Shown here one piece after another: positions 23,334-37,449 of a DNA stretch of 64,000 nt. Where the stretch lies: positions 5,146,001 through 5,210,000 of the forward strand of contig JBHGNT010000016.1 in assembly GCA_043228905.1 (NCBI GenBank), read 5' to 3'. The notes under the pieces are model-generated. The model ran no database searches. It worked only from the letters and a program-made list of their open reading frames with translations, and was not told the origin of the DNA. Origin of the DNA: Azolla caroliniana. Lineage: Eukaryota; Plantae; Polypodiophyta. The first letter of the stretch is position 1. Each line of letters opens with the position of its first letter. The position numbers and the translations under genes are program-made.

Positions 23334-26300
23334 TTACAACCCATGAAAACCTTCAATTTTCAACCTTTCTAAAATTCCTGGATTTTCTTCCACATGGTTC
23401 TTTAGGGCCTGAGGTGGATTAGCTGGCAGCTGAAGATCATGCCTATCTGGTGATAATTGATCCACATGCTTTAACACATCCTTATGTGGAAATTGTCCTG
23501 ATATAATATTTGGATTCAAAAAGCGATGAATCAACCTCTGGAAAATTGGAGGCATAGTTTGAGGTTCATGCTCATAGAAGAACATGATACCACCTATGCA
23601 TAGGCAGAAAAGGAATACCTGCATAGAGATATACAAAATGATATACGTATCATGAATCATATCATAAGATGAGAACAGGAGTACATAATCTCAGCCATAA
23701 GGAAATGACGTGGTTTTTTTACCTCTGCATATGGAATTTCAGGTATTAGATGTCTTTTTACCAATATGTACCACAACGAATTAGCTGCATTTGAGAGTAC
23801 ATATAATGCCAGTTCTGCTCTCTGAGTTTTCCTTTCCAAGAGAATCGACAATGAAGCTATGGCACCTCCGAACCAGTATACCAGTTTATGGTCTCTTGTA
23901 ACAAGTTTCCTTTGCAAACAAATGTAGCTCTGTTCAAGCACAGATTTCAATGTTACAGAGGGTTCACAAATGTGCATATTTCAATATTTCATTGAATATC
24001 CCATACTTGATAGATCCCAACAAACGCAGAAAGGAAACATGATGATTGAAGGGCTCTGCTGAAAGAACTCCAGATTGTGCCCATGGGAGATTCCATGAAC
24101 TGTAATATTGAACATGGATCTCATTAGGAAATATAACATAACATTAGTTGACCAATTGACACATAAATCGATACAATCTAAAAGTAATCCGTTTCTTCAA
24201 CTCTGTACAGTTATAATAAATAGGCAACAGGCCATGTGGATAATTCTCTATGGGAAGCATAATACATCAGGTGAAGAACTTTTGCACGCTTTTCCATTGT
24301 CCCTCTTAGAAACTTTACTATTTACAACGATGGGCGCTGGAAGGAAAGCACAGCATTATTATTACTAAAAACAAAACAAAACTTGTTGATCTTGTACCTT
24401 TTGAAGATTTAGGATAACAAAAGGTACAAATTTGAGTGATATGTAGAGTGGTAAAATCTTCTTGAATGTAGAAACCATGGCTTGGTTAATTTGAATGATA
24501 CAAGACGGTGTATCCGGGTGGATTGATGAGCAGGGTATAAGTGTACAATTCTGATCTAATTCAATATTTTTTTGGCCATTTTTGCTCAAAACAACCTCTG
24601 ACAAAGCCATGATATCAATCGGCTCTCTATTGCAGCTTTGGCGAACTGCCTTCAGTACAGGCTTTGCAATTGGCCCTAGCTTGACAATGAAGTCAAGGTA
24701 TGGTTCTGGTAATGACTCTGGGCACATAACATATGCATACATAACCTGCTATATGAAGAGCACATGTTTTAGTCATAGATTAGTCATATGATTAGTAAAA
24801 GAGCGATAGTTTGTCACCTGAGCACATGCCAACGAAAAGAACAACATATCACCATGGCGCAACTGCTTTCTCAGAAAGGGGTGCTTTCCTTCCACTTTCA
24901 TAGAGTTATAACAACACTGCTTAATGAAGAAGGATCTGAAGTAATTAAGAAATTATATTGATGTAAAAAAAATCTGGCAAAGTCAAATCATACATAGCAT
25001 ACTTGTAGAAGTCGGAAGAGAAGATATAATGCAAGGCTTCTTCTTCTGCTTGCATCATCCAAAGACAGTATAGATAAGCCAGCAAAGCCACCAGCAATAA
25101 ATCTTTGAACACAAAACTAGTATGAGTTAGTGCTTCTGCAACTGAAAATATGGAGTTTGACCCGATGGAGTGGATCAAACACATGATGAGTAATGCAATA
25201 CATACGTATTTAATGTTGTTTCTTTGCTCCTCAGCCTCCGTAAAATGCAATGCATTCCATGATAACATCCACTAAAACCACCAAACAGCAGACCAATACG
25301 GCAAGCCTCCTCCCTCACTATCAGGTTTCTTTCTGATAACAGAAGCTGAAAAATGAAAACAACCAATCCGTTTGCATACAGTAGGCAATTAATATCACCT
25401 AGGCTTCAGACAATGCTAAAATGAAGAGAAAATACATGTGCGCTAAGAATAAGAATCGAAGCTAAGAAAAAATGCCCTTATTCCTAAACAGCCAATTCTC
25501 AGATTGTACGGGACAATCAAAATTATTTATGAATGAGAATCATTTTTCCTCAGATTTCCATAATTTGCTATGATTTCATAAACAAAAAGGATGCTTGATC
25601 AAAAAGGAATTCATCAACACTGATAGTGTGGTGGATTGACAAGTCATAGACAGTCATAAAGAAAGTCAATAAAAATTAAGATTAGATTTCTCTGTGGACA
25701 AAATACGTGGTTTTTCTTCAAATTTCCGATAAAAGAGTTGGTATTTTTTCAAAATCTCTTATTATTTCCTAGATGAAAATGAAATTTGATCAACAAGGAA
25801 TAGTTTAGAAAAGGTTGGTTCTATTCCAGTCTATTTCAGAGAAGTGGTCCCCGAAACGGATCCAGTGGAGGCGGGGCCTGTAGCTCAGGGGATTAGAGCA
25901 CGTGGCTACGAACCACGGTGTCGGGGGTTCGAATCCCTCCTCGCCCACAAGAAACCAATCATCCCCGAAATGCCCCTTATATCCTGGGTGGGAGTCGACG
26001 TTTAATTTCTTCTCGGTGTGGACCAAAGGAAGAAAGCTGAGCAGAGCTTGATCCCCGATTCGATTCATCAGTGATTGACCACAATAGAAAGAAGAGATAG
26101 GGGCTTTGACTTCCAAATTTCCATAAATTATTGGTATCTTATCATAACCATAGTTAGTCTTCTGAATTCCCATATGGTTGGCATTTTCTGATCAACTCCA
26201 TTATTTCAATTTTCATGCATGAGAAGGGAACTTGGCAAATTCATGAAGAAATGATTCACATAATACTGATCAGAATTAGTTTGCCTACTAAATTCCAAAC

Positions 26301-26749
26301 ATGAAAATGAAATATCCCAGCCCATAATGAAAAGGTACAAAACTAAGGAAAAAATATAAAAGAGTCACCTTGAGGTCAAGAATGGAGAGATAAGATTTGT
26401 TCTTAGCTAGCTTGAAAGCACGAAGAAGAACACCAACTCCGACACGAACACCATAAGCCAAGAGGAAGCTCTGGCAAAGGCTACTTATACAGTTTGCAAT
26501 ACAAGAATCAGAATGTTGACAGAGAGGATGAGTACTACTGAAGAGAGACCTATACCAATCTTCCTTATTGGAACGATTTGCATGTAGATCTTGAATAGCT
26601 TCTCTCAACCGAGATTCTGCTTCTTTAAGCCTCTTCAATGCTGCTTCTTTCTCAATAGAAGCTAACGTTGCCTTCTGTTGAGCTAAAGACTGTGTTCGTT
26701 GAAGCAGATGATTGTAGTCATTTCTATCAACATGGTTCGACATAGCCAT
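23334..26749 (-). CDS. TMEM135-family (Tim17-like fold) membrane protein, 8 exons
   Basis: Exons 26749-26369, 25345-25206, 25102-25003, 24916-24818, 24745-24398, 24099-24007, 23929-23723, 23618-23334 join in frame. Motifs: QSFLLAYGVRVGVGVLLRAF, REEACRIGLLFGGF, AQVMYAYVM, ELALYVL, GGIMFFYEHEP. Confidence 0.9.
25874..25947 (+). tRNA. trnR-ACG: Plastid-type tRNA-Arg(ACG), nuclear copy inside intron 1 of the TMEM135-like gene
   Basis: GGGCCTGTAGCTCAGGGGATTAGAGCACGTGGCTACGAACCACGGTGTCGGGGGTTCGAATCCCTCCTCGCCCA folds as a cloverleaf with an ACG anticodon. It matches the recalled plastid trnR-ACG, including the upstream GGATCCAGTGGAG flank. Confidence 0.92.
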
Positions 26750-26970
26750 GATGTGTGAAGAAGATAGAAAAGAATGGGATTTTTGGTTGAATAAATCCTT
26801 ACCTTAGAAAGATTCGGCAGGTGTGGATAGATTTTGTTGTTTCAGGAATATGTGCAGATGATGCGATCAAATGATGGAAGAAAGGCCATGGACAAACAAG
26901 GAAATATGGAGATGATGATGCCAACAATATCCATGAATATAAGTTGAAAATGAATTGATAGACCTTCCTT

Positions 26971-27013
<43 letters not shown>

Positions 27014-27360
27014 AGCTGATTCCTCGAAACGTTTGACGATCGATCAATTCTTTCTTCCTATCTTTGATTCCCTTTGATCTTTATCTATCTATCTATCTAT
27101 CTATCTCTGTCTTTATCCATGGATAGGTTGACGACCTGATCACAACTCTGTCTTTCTCTCTGTAAGTCCGCCTTTGATCCGTATGTGCGCGTGGGGTCAG
27201 TCTCTTTCATTCGTCTGCGTTTCGAACCTCTGTCAGTTTGTTTCCTGTGCGAGAAGCGGCGAAACGGCGGCGTTTCGCGTTTCGTCGAGAGAGGGAATGG
27301 GGGAAGGAAGAGAGAAGAAGAAAATCGGCCGACCCGAGACTTAAGCTCATAAAATTTTTT

Positions 27361-27660
27361 AATTTATTTTTAAATTTCTAATTTATTTTTAAATTTCTAA
27401 TTTATTTTTAAATTTCTAATTTATTTTTAAATTTCTAATTTATTTTTAAATTTCTAATTTATTTTTAAATTTCTAATTTATTTTTAAATTTCTAATTTAT
27501 TTTTAAATTTCTAATTTATTTTTAAATTTCTAATTTATTTAAATTCTCACGCACACACAAACACTCAAGATATCTCTCTCTCTCTCTTCTTCTTCTTTTA
27601 TAAATTTCTAATTTATTTTTAAATTTCTAATTTATTTTGAATTTCTAATTTATTTAAATT
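27361..27660. repeat. 19-bp AT-rich minisatellite (TTTATTTTTAAATTTCTAA)n
   Basis: About 9-10 perfect copies at 27361-27545 and ~3 more at 27598-27660, followed by CT/CTT microsatellites. Confidence 0.9.
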
Positions 27661-27690
27661 CTCACACACACAAACACTCAAGATATACTC

Positions 27691-27727
<37 letters not shown>

Positions 27728-27761
27728 TCTTCTTCTTCTTCTTCTTAGGTAAATCTCTCTC

Positions 27762-27810
27762 TCTCATGGGCCAAATTTGGCCTTAATATTTCTTTCTTTC
27801 TTTCTCTCTC
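27762..27810 (+). mobile_element. Extreme 3' stub of the RTEX-like LINE family
   Basis: TCTCATGGGCCAAATTTGGCCTTA-ATATTTCTTTCTTTCTTTCTCTCTC matches the minus strand of ~15246-15185 and is flanked by (CT)n on both sides. Confidence 0.7.
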
Positions 27811-29493
27811 TAGGTCTTCGTGTTTTAGTTTGTGTGTGGATATGGATAATAGGATATCCGGCCCATCCGACCGCCCATCCGCCCATATGCATGTCTTGTC
27901 GACCCCGTAGACTAGCCAATCGTTAGCCGAAACCTTCCTCCCTTCTCTCCCCTCGGGATGCAACCCTCCACGCATTGTCATATGAGCATTCTCAACCCTC
28001 AGCATCTTCCGAAAATCTCAATTATCGCATACATTGTCAGCATACGCAACCCCACGTGCATCTTCCCAAAATCCCGAAGATCCTCATGTCATGATTATAT
28101 GCACAATAAGTTGATTACGTTGATCATCATAGACACTTGATAACAATGACAAACTCAATAGCAAAAATGTCAAGATCATCAAGTCTGTTCCAATAGGCTT
28201 GTGTTGTATTGCTTATTTTCAACTTTTGATTGTATCATTGTCATATATCATCCCTCCCCATAGGTGTGCCTCAATTTATGCTTTGTTTGTTCTATTTCTC
28301 TTCCTTCCACACTTTTCTACAAGCACAATCATTCATAAAGACCATTTACACAGAATATGCTGCAAACAAGCACACACAATTAAAATGCCTTTGTTTGGTT
28401 ATTGCATTTCATTTCTATAGGTTGTTGAGTTATTTTCATTAATGGTTATACAAATGACAAACAATATTTGCAATAAAGAACTTTAGTGGGCACAAAATTA
28501 ACAGTTTGGTCTTGTTTTTTATAATATATATTTGTGGAGATGAAACAATATTATGTACTATTTGTATACTGCCTCTGGGCCTTTTATTAATAATACCAAT
28601 GGAGCTTATGTTTTATGGTAAAAAGAAATTAACTGTTTGGAATATTTCATGCCAAAAATTTTGCTCCTCCTTTTTCCAAAAAATGATACTACATGAGTAT
28701 TAAGAAAACGCCCTAAGGTTATACATACATACAAGAAGTACCTTTCAATAACGAGCCTCTTTTTTTCTAAAGTCTAACTGCGAGCTTAAATAAATACTTT
28801 GGTGTAGAGTATAACCAATCCACCTTATCAAAAATCAGTCTATAAAATAGGCCTCTGTCCCGGATGGCATGAAACCCCAATCGCTTGAGCTCCCCTTGTT
28901 GCATATTACTTTTTATAGTATATAAACAATCTCTATCCAAATCCCAAAAATTATTTGGGCAAGTCTTTCAGTCACATTTTGAAATACCTTCAAACACGGA
29001 CAAAGCCTTCCAAATATACCAAATTGTGATACTACTTACCAATTGCCAAAGTTTTTGTTTGTGATTGAAAACTATGGATTATGAATCAAACAAGGACATG
29101 TAAAGCCATGAGATGTGTAAAACCCATCAAACCAATGGGTCCTTACATTGCCCCAAAGTTACTCACACCCCAAACGTTAGTCAACTAGCATATGTATTAC
29201 CCATGAGCAACCAACTTGTATTTAAAGCAATACTAAATGGTAATCCTTTTGTGGAGAACTCTAATGCATATGCATTATCCATCGACACACAAAAGATAGG
29301 AAATCTAAAAAGATGGGAAATTTAAAAATTATAGACATTATCAATTATTACCAAAGATGGGAAATTCTAAAGACAACTTGCTTCACCAAAAGGTAAGATA
29401 AAAAAAACAATGGGGATAAGAACATTGTTCCTGTTCATTGCTAGATTTAGGGTATCCACAGATTCGTCTGTGGGTTTTAATACTATTCTGGCA

Positions 29494-29526
29494 TATATAC
29501 ATATATACATATATGTATATATATAC

Positions 29527-29559
<33 letters not shown>

Positions 29560-29590
29560 CATATATATATACATATATGTATATATATAT
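29494..29590. repeat. (TA)n-type microsatellite
   Basis: Imperfect TA/TACA run. Confidence 0.9.
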
Positions 29591-29936
29591 GCCAAAAATA
29601 GATAAACAAAACCATTGGCATGATTTTACAACCCCAGAGGGTAAAGACGTATTGAGACCAAATACACTGAAGAAATATTGCTCCAGTGAGGAAAGTTCAT
29701 GTTATTTTAAGATTTAAGATTTTATGGTAGAGTGTACGAAGAAATAAGTGATACACTTGCATTCTACAACAAAGAAAGTACATTAAAAGTTTACAACAGA
29801 GAAGTTATCCTTCCAACTTCCACGTGCCCAAATCTTTGCATATACTGGAAACCGTCCCTTGTATATCATTTTATTATTTTCTTTTCCTCCCAATATGTGA
29901 AATAAGCTTCCTGAAGATTAAAGGTAAGGATTGCAT

Positions 29937-32900
29937 TCAAGAAACTTCTTTCTGTCTCCTCATGAGCTTCTCAATGGAGCTACAAATCCTGAAAAACCTT
30001 CCAAAACCAGGCTCCAGTTTTGCTACCTCTACATTCACATCTCTCCTGGTAATTGAATTATTTGCGGATCCATAACTGTGGATATATACTTCTGCAGGTC
30101 GCATATCAAAGGGATACTTTCCTCTGTAAATACATCATAAAATGTTCATTTCGAGGAGCATCATAATGCAAACATATGAACAATTGAGTAGAAGAAGCTT
30201 ACCCCCTTATGAAAGTCATATCAAAAACCAGACTTATTTTCAATTCAGCTGCACATCTTAACATTGCTTGAGTTAATACAAGCTTATCTGCACAGACAAT
30301 GAAACCAAAGTAAAAAAACAATTGAGTTATGTACAAGAGCCCCAACATTTATTCTACATTGTCTCTATAAATTTTGAGATGTTACTACCATCTTTCATTT
30401 GAAATTTGCAAGACATTCCGAAGGCTCGCTGACAATATTTGAGCTCTTTAAGCAAATCCATTAGGCAGCCGAACATCCACTTTGTTCTCTGAATGGCAAT
30501 ATCGATATAAATATCAATCACTTTCTCCAGGAAATGATGTTAATGCACAATTGCAACATTCACAAATAAATGTTTTTAGCATCACAAATCACTTATTAGC
30601 TCTATACACACATTACAAAGCTCCCACTGGTCCTATATGTCACATTTACCTGCATATATTACATTATTTCTTGGGTTCCATAACCTCTCTTTATTTTGTG
30701 TGGTGAAAATACAATTAATTTTCACCCAGAAGGGTGAGCACATATGTCTGTGCATTATTTGTTTAGTGCAGATTCGTAAACCCCCATCTTAGGAAGGAGT
30801 AATGTCCATGATAATATGTTTATTTGGTCCCATAGGTCAAATTTGGCATACTTGTCAACAATAAAATATCTACTCTATTCTCTCTCCCAAAACAGCACCA
30901 ATAGATGCACCTACCTGCATTAGTTGATGCATATGTTGAACCTGTATGGTGATGACGTTATGAAGGTCACTAACAAGATATTCAAACGCTACAAACGCAT
31001 CCATGCAAGGGAATGCCTGTATACATCTAAACATAAGTTCTTGGAGCAAAATCAAATGATTATTAAGAGGATTTGAAGAAAATACAAACCACATCAATCG
31101 CTTCCCTGTTGAAAGATCTACGAATGTTTACAAGAGCAAGGGGACCATCTCCTTCATACTGAAATCTAAGGAAACAAATCCACGAAAGAAATAAGGTGAT
31201 GCAACAATAACATTTTTCTTATCGTTTGCGTCTTGGAAACACTAGCAAATACTATTTCAACCCCTTACATTTGAAGATACATCCTCTCAATAGAGAACTG
31301 GGTTTGTGATTTCCCCTCATTACTCTTAAGGCATACACGCATAACCTGCAACATCAAAAGATTCTCCAGACCTTAATATTAATGATTGCAATAATACCAA
31401 TTTGCTAACATACAGCAAAAGTCAACATTGTCATTTGCCAGCAATCATATTAACCATAGTCCAATTACATTGTATAGAATATTCAAATGGAACTATGACA
31501 TAATAACAATAGGCCCTCAAAGCATGCCAAGCATTTGAGATGTATCATCAGAATAAATGTTAACTTGCCTGTTGATGTTGCAAGAAGCTGCTAAACAGAG
31601 CTGCTCCTTGGATTGATTGTTTCATTTTTTTGGCAACTAAAGCGTCATTTATGTCAACCACACCTTGTGAAAATTTGTCATTATATACAGAGATCATGCC
31701 ATCAATTTTTCTACGCATTCTCTCTTTATTTCGTTGCACAATCTTTAGTCGCTCATAGGCATCCTTCAAGAAATCAGTACATCCAATGTAAGTCTATCTG
31801 TTACCTCCATGTCATACAATAGTATCAGAAATCATGTCACTGCAATCATGTTATCTACAATCATGAAATTATCTTAGAGAAAGACAATTGAACACCTCAT
31901 AATGTTGGTTACACTTTTCTAACACAGCAACTTGAGAAACGCCCCTTTCTTCCTCTTGCCCCTTCTGGTTAAAAAAATAGACGTAAATAAATTTGAGCTA
32001 CTCTTGGTTTTGAATTCAACACAATCACTACACAGTATGAAACCAACCTTGATGGCAGTGGAAGAAACTGCGGGTCCTTGCACCAAATTAAGCCTTGATG
32101 ACGTCATGTTTAATAGGGCTTGAGAGTATGATTCCTTCAGCTGCAAAACCTGATGGATCTTTCCTTGTGCTGCATCTACCTCTCTCTGCATATCATATAT
32201 GCATGTTCATCAAAGTGGTAGTCATGTGTTATTATTATAAATTAATGGAAGAATAAGATATTACAATCAAATTATCTTTGTTATCTTGGAGCCATGCCAA
32301 GTTCTGCCTTTCAGGACTGATCTTCCACATAATCCATTCCTTCCTTGCTAAGCTACAATCCAGTCACAAGTGACAAAATCATAAGGAGCAGTACTTTAAA
32401 CAGCCACATCATGGAAATTGAAGAGTGGCAGATATACAATGCACAACCGGATAAACATAATTCCATTCTTCGATTTATTTTCCCAAACTTAAAAATAAAG
32501 AAAGAGAATACCGTTTCTTTTTCTCAAACTTGGATTTTAAGATGCTTGAAGAATCCTCCTTAAGTTTCTGAAAAAAAAAAATCTAAACCGTTAGTTCTGT
32601 CACATGCGCTCTACATCATTGTCAGTGACACAGTGCAGAGTTCAAACCTGAAGAATATTATTTGAGACCCGTAGCTTCGAGTTTGTTTCTTTCAAAGATT
32701 TCAGCTTTTCTGTCAGCTCTTCCACATGATCATTTAGCAATTCCAGCTATTATTCGAACACAGGAATGAGTATTAAATTTTAATATTTCAACTTTTGAAA
32801 GATGCAAGGATAGGATAATGTGTACTTCATCGTAATACCTGTAGATGCATGCTGCATGAGAAGTGTAGATAATCACTCAATGACACAAGATTTGATGTCC

Positions 32901-35900
32901 GTGGTAATGATATTGCTTCTTCTTTATCTAGCAACTCCCCAATACTACACTCGTCCTGCAAATGACACCGACACAGCAAATCAGATACAATTTATTTTGA
33001 GTAGAGTCATGTTCAACAAGATAACCATGTATTTGGAATTTTGAGGTTACCTCTAAACGTTGTAAAATCTCATCTATAGTGATTGAGCCTTTGGAGTGTG
33101 AATATCTGGAAAGAATTGAAAGGTTTCCTATTTTCCTAACACTTTCAGTCTTTTTGTTGCTGGAAGGTTTCAAGATGTCTCCACATGCATCTGATTTGCT
33201 GTTAACTTTTAGGTGACTTTGAATCTGCTCTTGTTTGGGATCTCTGAAATTTTTCTGAATCATATCTGTTGATTTACTCTGGATTGGCTCTTTATTAGTA
33301 ATATCAATAAGGACATTTTCTGTTACTTTCCTGCTACCAATCTTTGTAACTTCCCCTGAAAGATCAGTCTTTCCATCAAACTTTAAGCTACTCAAATTCT
33401 CGTGTAGCGGTGTATGCTTCAATAACCTTTCACCTGGATCTCTTAATTTAGTTTGTGCTGGTCCTTTACTGGAAAAATCTGTCAGTACACCCTGATATGT
33501 TGATGTCAAGGTAGTGGGAGTTGATACTTCATTCTTATCAAGTGATACCTCAGAATATGCCTTTGATTTCGTCTCTGTTTCCATATCTATACCAGTAGGC
33601 GAATGTTGTTCAACAAAGTCAGGGCTGGGAGAACCATGTCTTTCATTAGAGGATGCAAGCAATTTAGAACCACCAATAATTAAAGAAATAGAATCGTCAT
33701 TAGGCTCAGATATCCCTCTCATATTAGTTTTTGTAATCGTGTAATCTGTATAATCTGAAAGGAGGTCTTTCAGGTTATGAGCAGGTACTGTATTATTGAA
33801 TGCAGTAGCTGAAAAAGTTAAGTCACCAGACCTTTGTCTTGAGATAGATGACATATGACTACTTCCATCAAGGTACATCGACATACCAGAACCCTTTGGA
33901 TGAAGTGAGATATCCATGGTGTTGTTTATTGATGCAGAATCCTCAGAATCACAATTACTATTTCTATCAAGGGCATCAGACCCCTTTGCTATTGACCGAT
34001 AAAGTGACATATCCATGGTGTTATTTAAAGGCATAGAAAAGTCAGAGTCACCGTGACTATTTCTATCAAGTTGCATCAACACATCAGATACCTTCAGTAC
34101 TGGCCGGTGAAGTGAAATATCCATCGTGTTGCCTAACGGCATAGAAAAGTCTGCATCACAATTGGCATGCTCGATGTGTGGCGAAGATGTGGCTTCATCT
34201 TCCAGCTTCTCTTCTTGCTTGTAACAAGATGAGATGGCTCTTTCATTTTGTGCTTTGTTGTGTTCTAGCTCAACACTTCTTTTATGAGATGCTTCTCTAT
34301 GTAGTGATTGACTGACTTCTGTTCCACGAAATGCTTCTCCTATGGATATGGGTCCGGTTTCATCAGAACAAACTTTACTCTGTAGTGAGACAATTTCTCG
34401 TCTCCATTTGAAACTATGAACCCTCGTTCCTATAGACATGTCACTATCAATATCATCTGCATGAAAAGACACGTCGTTATGGACCATGTTTCTATGTAGG
34501 GAACCCTGTCTTGTAAGGGCCATGGAATCATCTACGCTTTCTGATGCACTCTCATTACAATCTTTCTGAGGTGAAATTTTGCTCCAAAATCCTGAATCAA
34601 AGGTCGTGCCACTCTTAAGGACCTCAGAGAGATTCTTTGTAAATGTAGTAGCATCCATTGTTATGTCATCATTGACAATAGAATCATCATCTCCGTGGTC
34701 TGAAAATCTAATGTTTACAAAACAACCACTGTCATCTTCATCTTCATCTCCATCTAAACTGCAGCAATTGATGAGAAGAAAAAAAGCTTAGCATATATCA
34801 GCAAGCACCAGGTGAAATATAAAACCCAAAGCATGAAACTCATATCATGAGCGAGTTGAATTCTTACAGCAGGATAACAGAACATCCAAGAGACAGAAAG
34901 AAGAAACAATTTATTTAATTCTACTTTTCCCTTTTCTTAGATACGCCGTGATATGTCTCTCTCTCTGAATGTTAAAGAAAGATGGATAGATAGATGTGTG
35001 GGTGTCCAGCTATGGATATGGTTGTTGGCTTGGTAATTTATACCATTACATCAAAGTCATAAAATTGAGAGAACCCGAGTTTGATCATTCTATATATTGT
35101 ATTCAGCCTCTGGTAAACATTAATATAGATGTGGAACAATTGTGCATAAACAATGAAAATCCTATAATCAAGATGTGCCCAGAATCTTGTGAAGTAAAAG
35201 GTAACCAGATCAACACCTCAAACAGCGGCAAATCTGCAGAAAAACATCCCCAATGCTCGGAAATACTAAAACGCATTAGTGATGTATAAATGGATTGGCC
35301 CACGAATAGATATATGCATAGCATAAAAAATTTCTTAACATTATGGACAAACTTGGATCAAAACACTCTACAGGTAGGAGAATAGTCAACTCAATTATGG
35401 TGGGATCTGGTATTACTAAATTTCTAGGCTCTGCATCTGAAAACAAACTCATTGAATGGGCTGTAAGACACAGCAAATATAAATGACAGTTTTCAAACTA
35501 AACACAGCATTATTCATAATCTCATTTTTCTGCAGGTTGTATTGGAGTAGAGACAGCTAAATGGATGACCAGTGTACTGTCGTTTTATATATTTCAAGCA
35601 GTATTTCAAAGTGATCTCATTTTCGGAAAAAATGGAAAAACGTAGATAGCTGACAACCCTGAAAGCAACAGTGGTTCGGTTATTCCATCAAGTCTGATTC
35701 GGGATAAAGACAAACAAATGTTTTTCAAGACTATTCATTGAGCACCCTATCAGCTACACTAATCGTTCTATCTATGAATTGACTAACTAGAAAAATACAT
35801 TCGAGAATTCTTGGGAAAAAACATAAGTTATCACTACAGCAAACGAGGTTGTCATTAATAAAAGCTCGGCCAATGAATCAGAATGTACCTGTTTCTGCGT

Positions 35901-36277
35901 GTAGTGGTGTCTTCATCAATCCAACTCCCATGACCAGTGTCCATATCGCAAGTAAAATTAAAATTGTCAAAGTCCACGGTCTGTTCGCTCAGATCTGAGG
36001 CCAGGTCGGGAACAGGAGCAGAAGAAACCATAACCTTGTCGTTCAAGGAAGAAATTGCGGAAGAAGAGTGGGAATGAGGAGGAGGAGTGAGCTTTTGAGA
36101 AACGTCTCCTGAGGGGAGGGGGGGTGTGTCCATGTCTTCTTTGCGTGGAATGAAATGAACGGTCTGAGTGGTGGCGAAGCTTACCCGGCGTCTTCTCTTC
36201 TTCTTGATGGAGCCCCCGCTTCCATAGCCAAAGACAGAGAAGCTCTCCATCTCCTTCGTTCCTTCCATAGCCTCCAT
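29937..36277 (-). CDS. KNL1: Kinetochore scaffold KNL1/Spc105 homolog, multi-exon
   Basis: Exon 1 (36277-35889) has SIKKKRRRRVSF (PP1-docking RVSF at 36176-36187). Large exon 2 (34758-33051) has DDITMDATTF and repeated MDISL/MDMSL motifs. Several short coiled-coil exons lie at 33000-30200 (not all boundaries resolved). The last exon (~30123-29937) reads GKYPFDMRP..GFGRFFRICSSIEKL, like plant KNL1 C-termini. Confidence 0.8.
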
Positions 36278-36496
36278 GTTTTCTGTCTTCCTTCTCTACT
36301 CCTTCCTCTGCGCGCCTACTACTACTACTGCTCTCTTCTGTCTCTCCGCATTTTCGAAATTCAAATCTTGATGGACGGTTTCACACGGAAGGACGTGTTT
36401 TGTCCGGACAAAAATGGAGATATTGCTCGCATGCAGTTGTGGTGGACACAAACACGGACACTGGGCATATATATATATACACAAACACGGACATTG

Positions 36497-36543
<47 letters not shown>

Positions 36544-37449
36544 TCTCTCAATACGCATTGGCCATTCGTTGAGAGAGCAACTACATTGACCCGCACCCTA
36601 GACAATGCTTGATAGGAAATGTTCACCACACAATCAATACGCTCTTCTTAATTGATGTCGAGGCCATGTTGTACGTCATACCAGTTAACGACACAGTATA
36701 ATGGACGAGGAATTGTTTGTAGGCCAAATACATACTGTGATTTAATGACAAACAATGACTGCAAATGATTAAGAAAACTATAGCTTAAAGTTGCTTAATT
36801 TGACATGAGATCATGCAGCATTATGACCTTTCTAGCGAGGGCTTTTGTTATTCGACATGTTGTTTGATGAGGTTATGTTGGTTATGTTTTCCCGGTATGA
36901 GTTCTTTGTAGCCTTTGGGAATCTTTTCATTAATACCAAGGTGAATCTTTTATAACAATGATAAGAAACATCGTGAACTTTCTGCTTTGCATGCTATAGG
37001 TTCTCCCTGAAGTATCGGTGTTGCCTTCAGAAAAAGCTTAGGAACATACATTGTGTGTCTGTCAATTATAATCGGTAACAATCATAACATCAAGACTACT
37101 ATGGATCAATACATATAATGACCAAGAGATGTTTTTCTTAAGCATAACGTGTCTAACTAAATGATATTTTTAGGTTGTCTAATTGTATTTCATGTAATCT
37201 TAGAGTAACTAATTAGATGAAATGGCGTAATGTGATAAGAATATCAATAATAGCATGCTATTATACTCGTTCAAATCTTAACCAGTGATGAATTTTACGT
37301 ACAGAAAATATTGTGTGTATAGTCTACATTCCTTCATATAAAAGTGAACATGTATGAAAAAATTGTTGAAGTTATATAGCAAATCAATACGTAGAGATCA
37401 TTCAAATAGGATTCTCCAAGCCAACCATGAAAACTACCACTATCGGGGT

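Noticed and set aside
25805-26173. 122-aa minus-strand ORF
   Set aside because: It overlaps the tRNA antisense (GEEGFEPPTPWFVATCSNPLSYRP is a tRNA shadow translation).
36370-36400. MSA-like mitotic promoter element upstream of KNL1
   Set aside because: Only partial (GACGGTT) matches; too weak to call.
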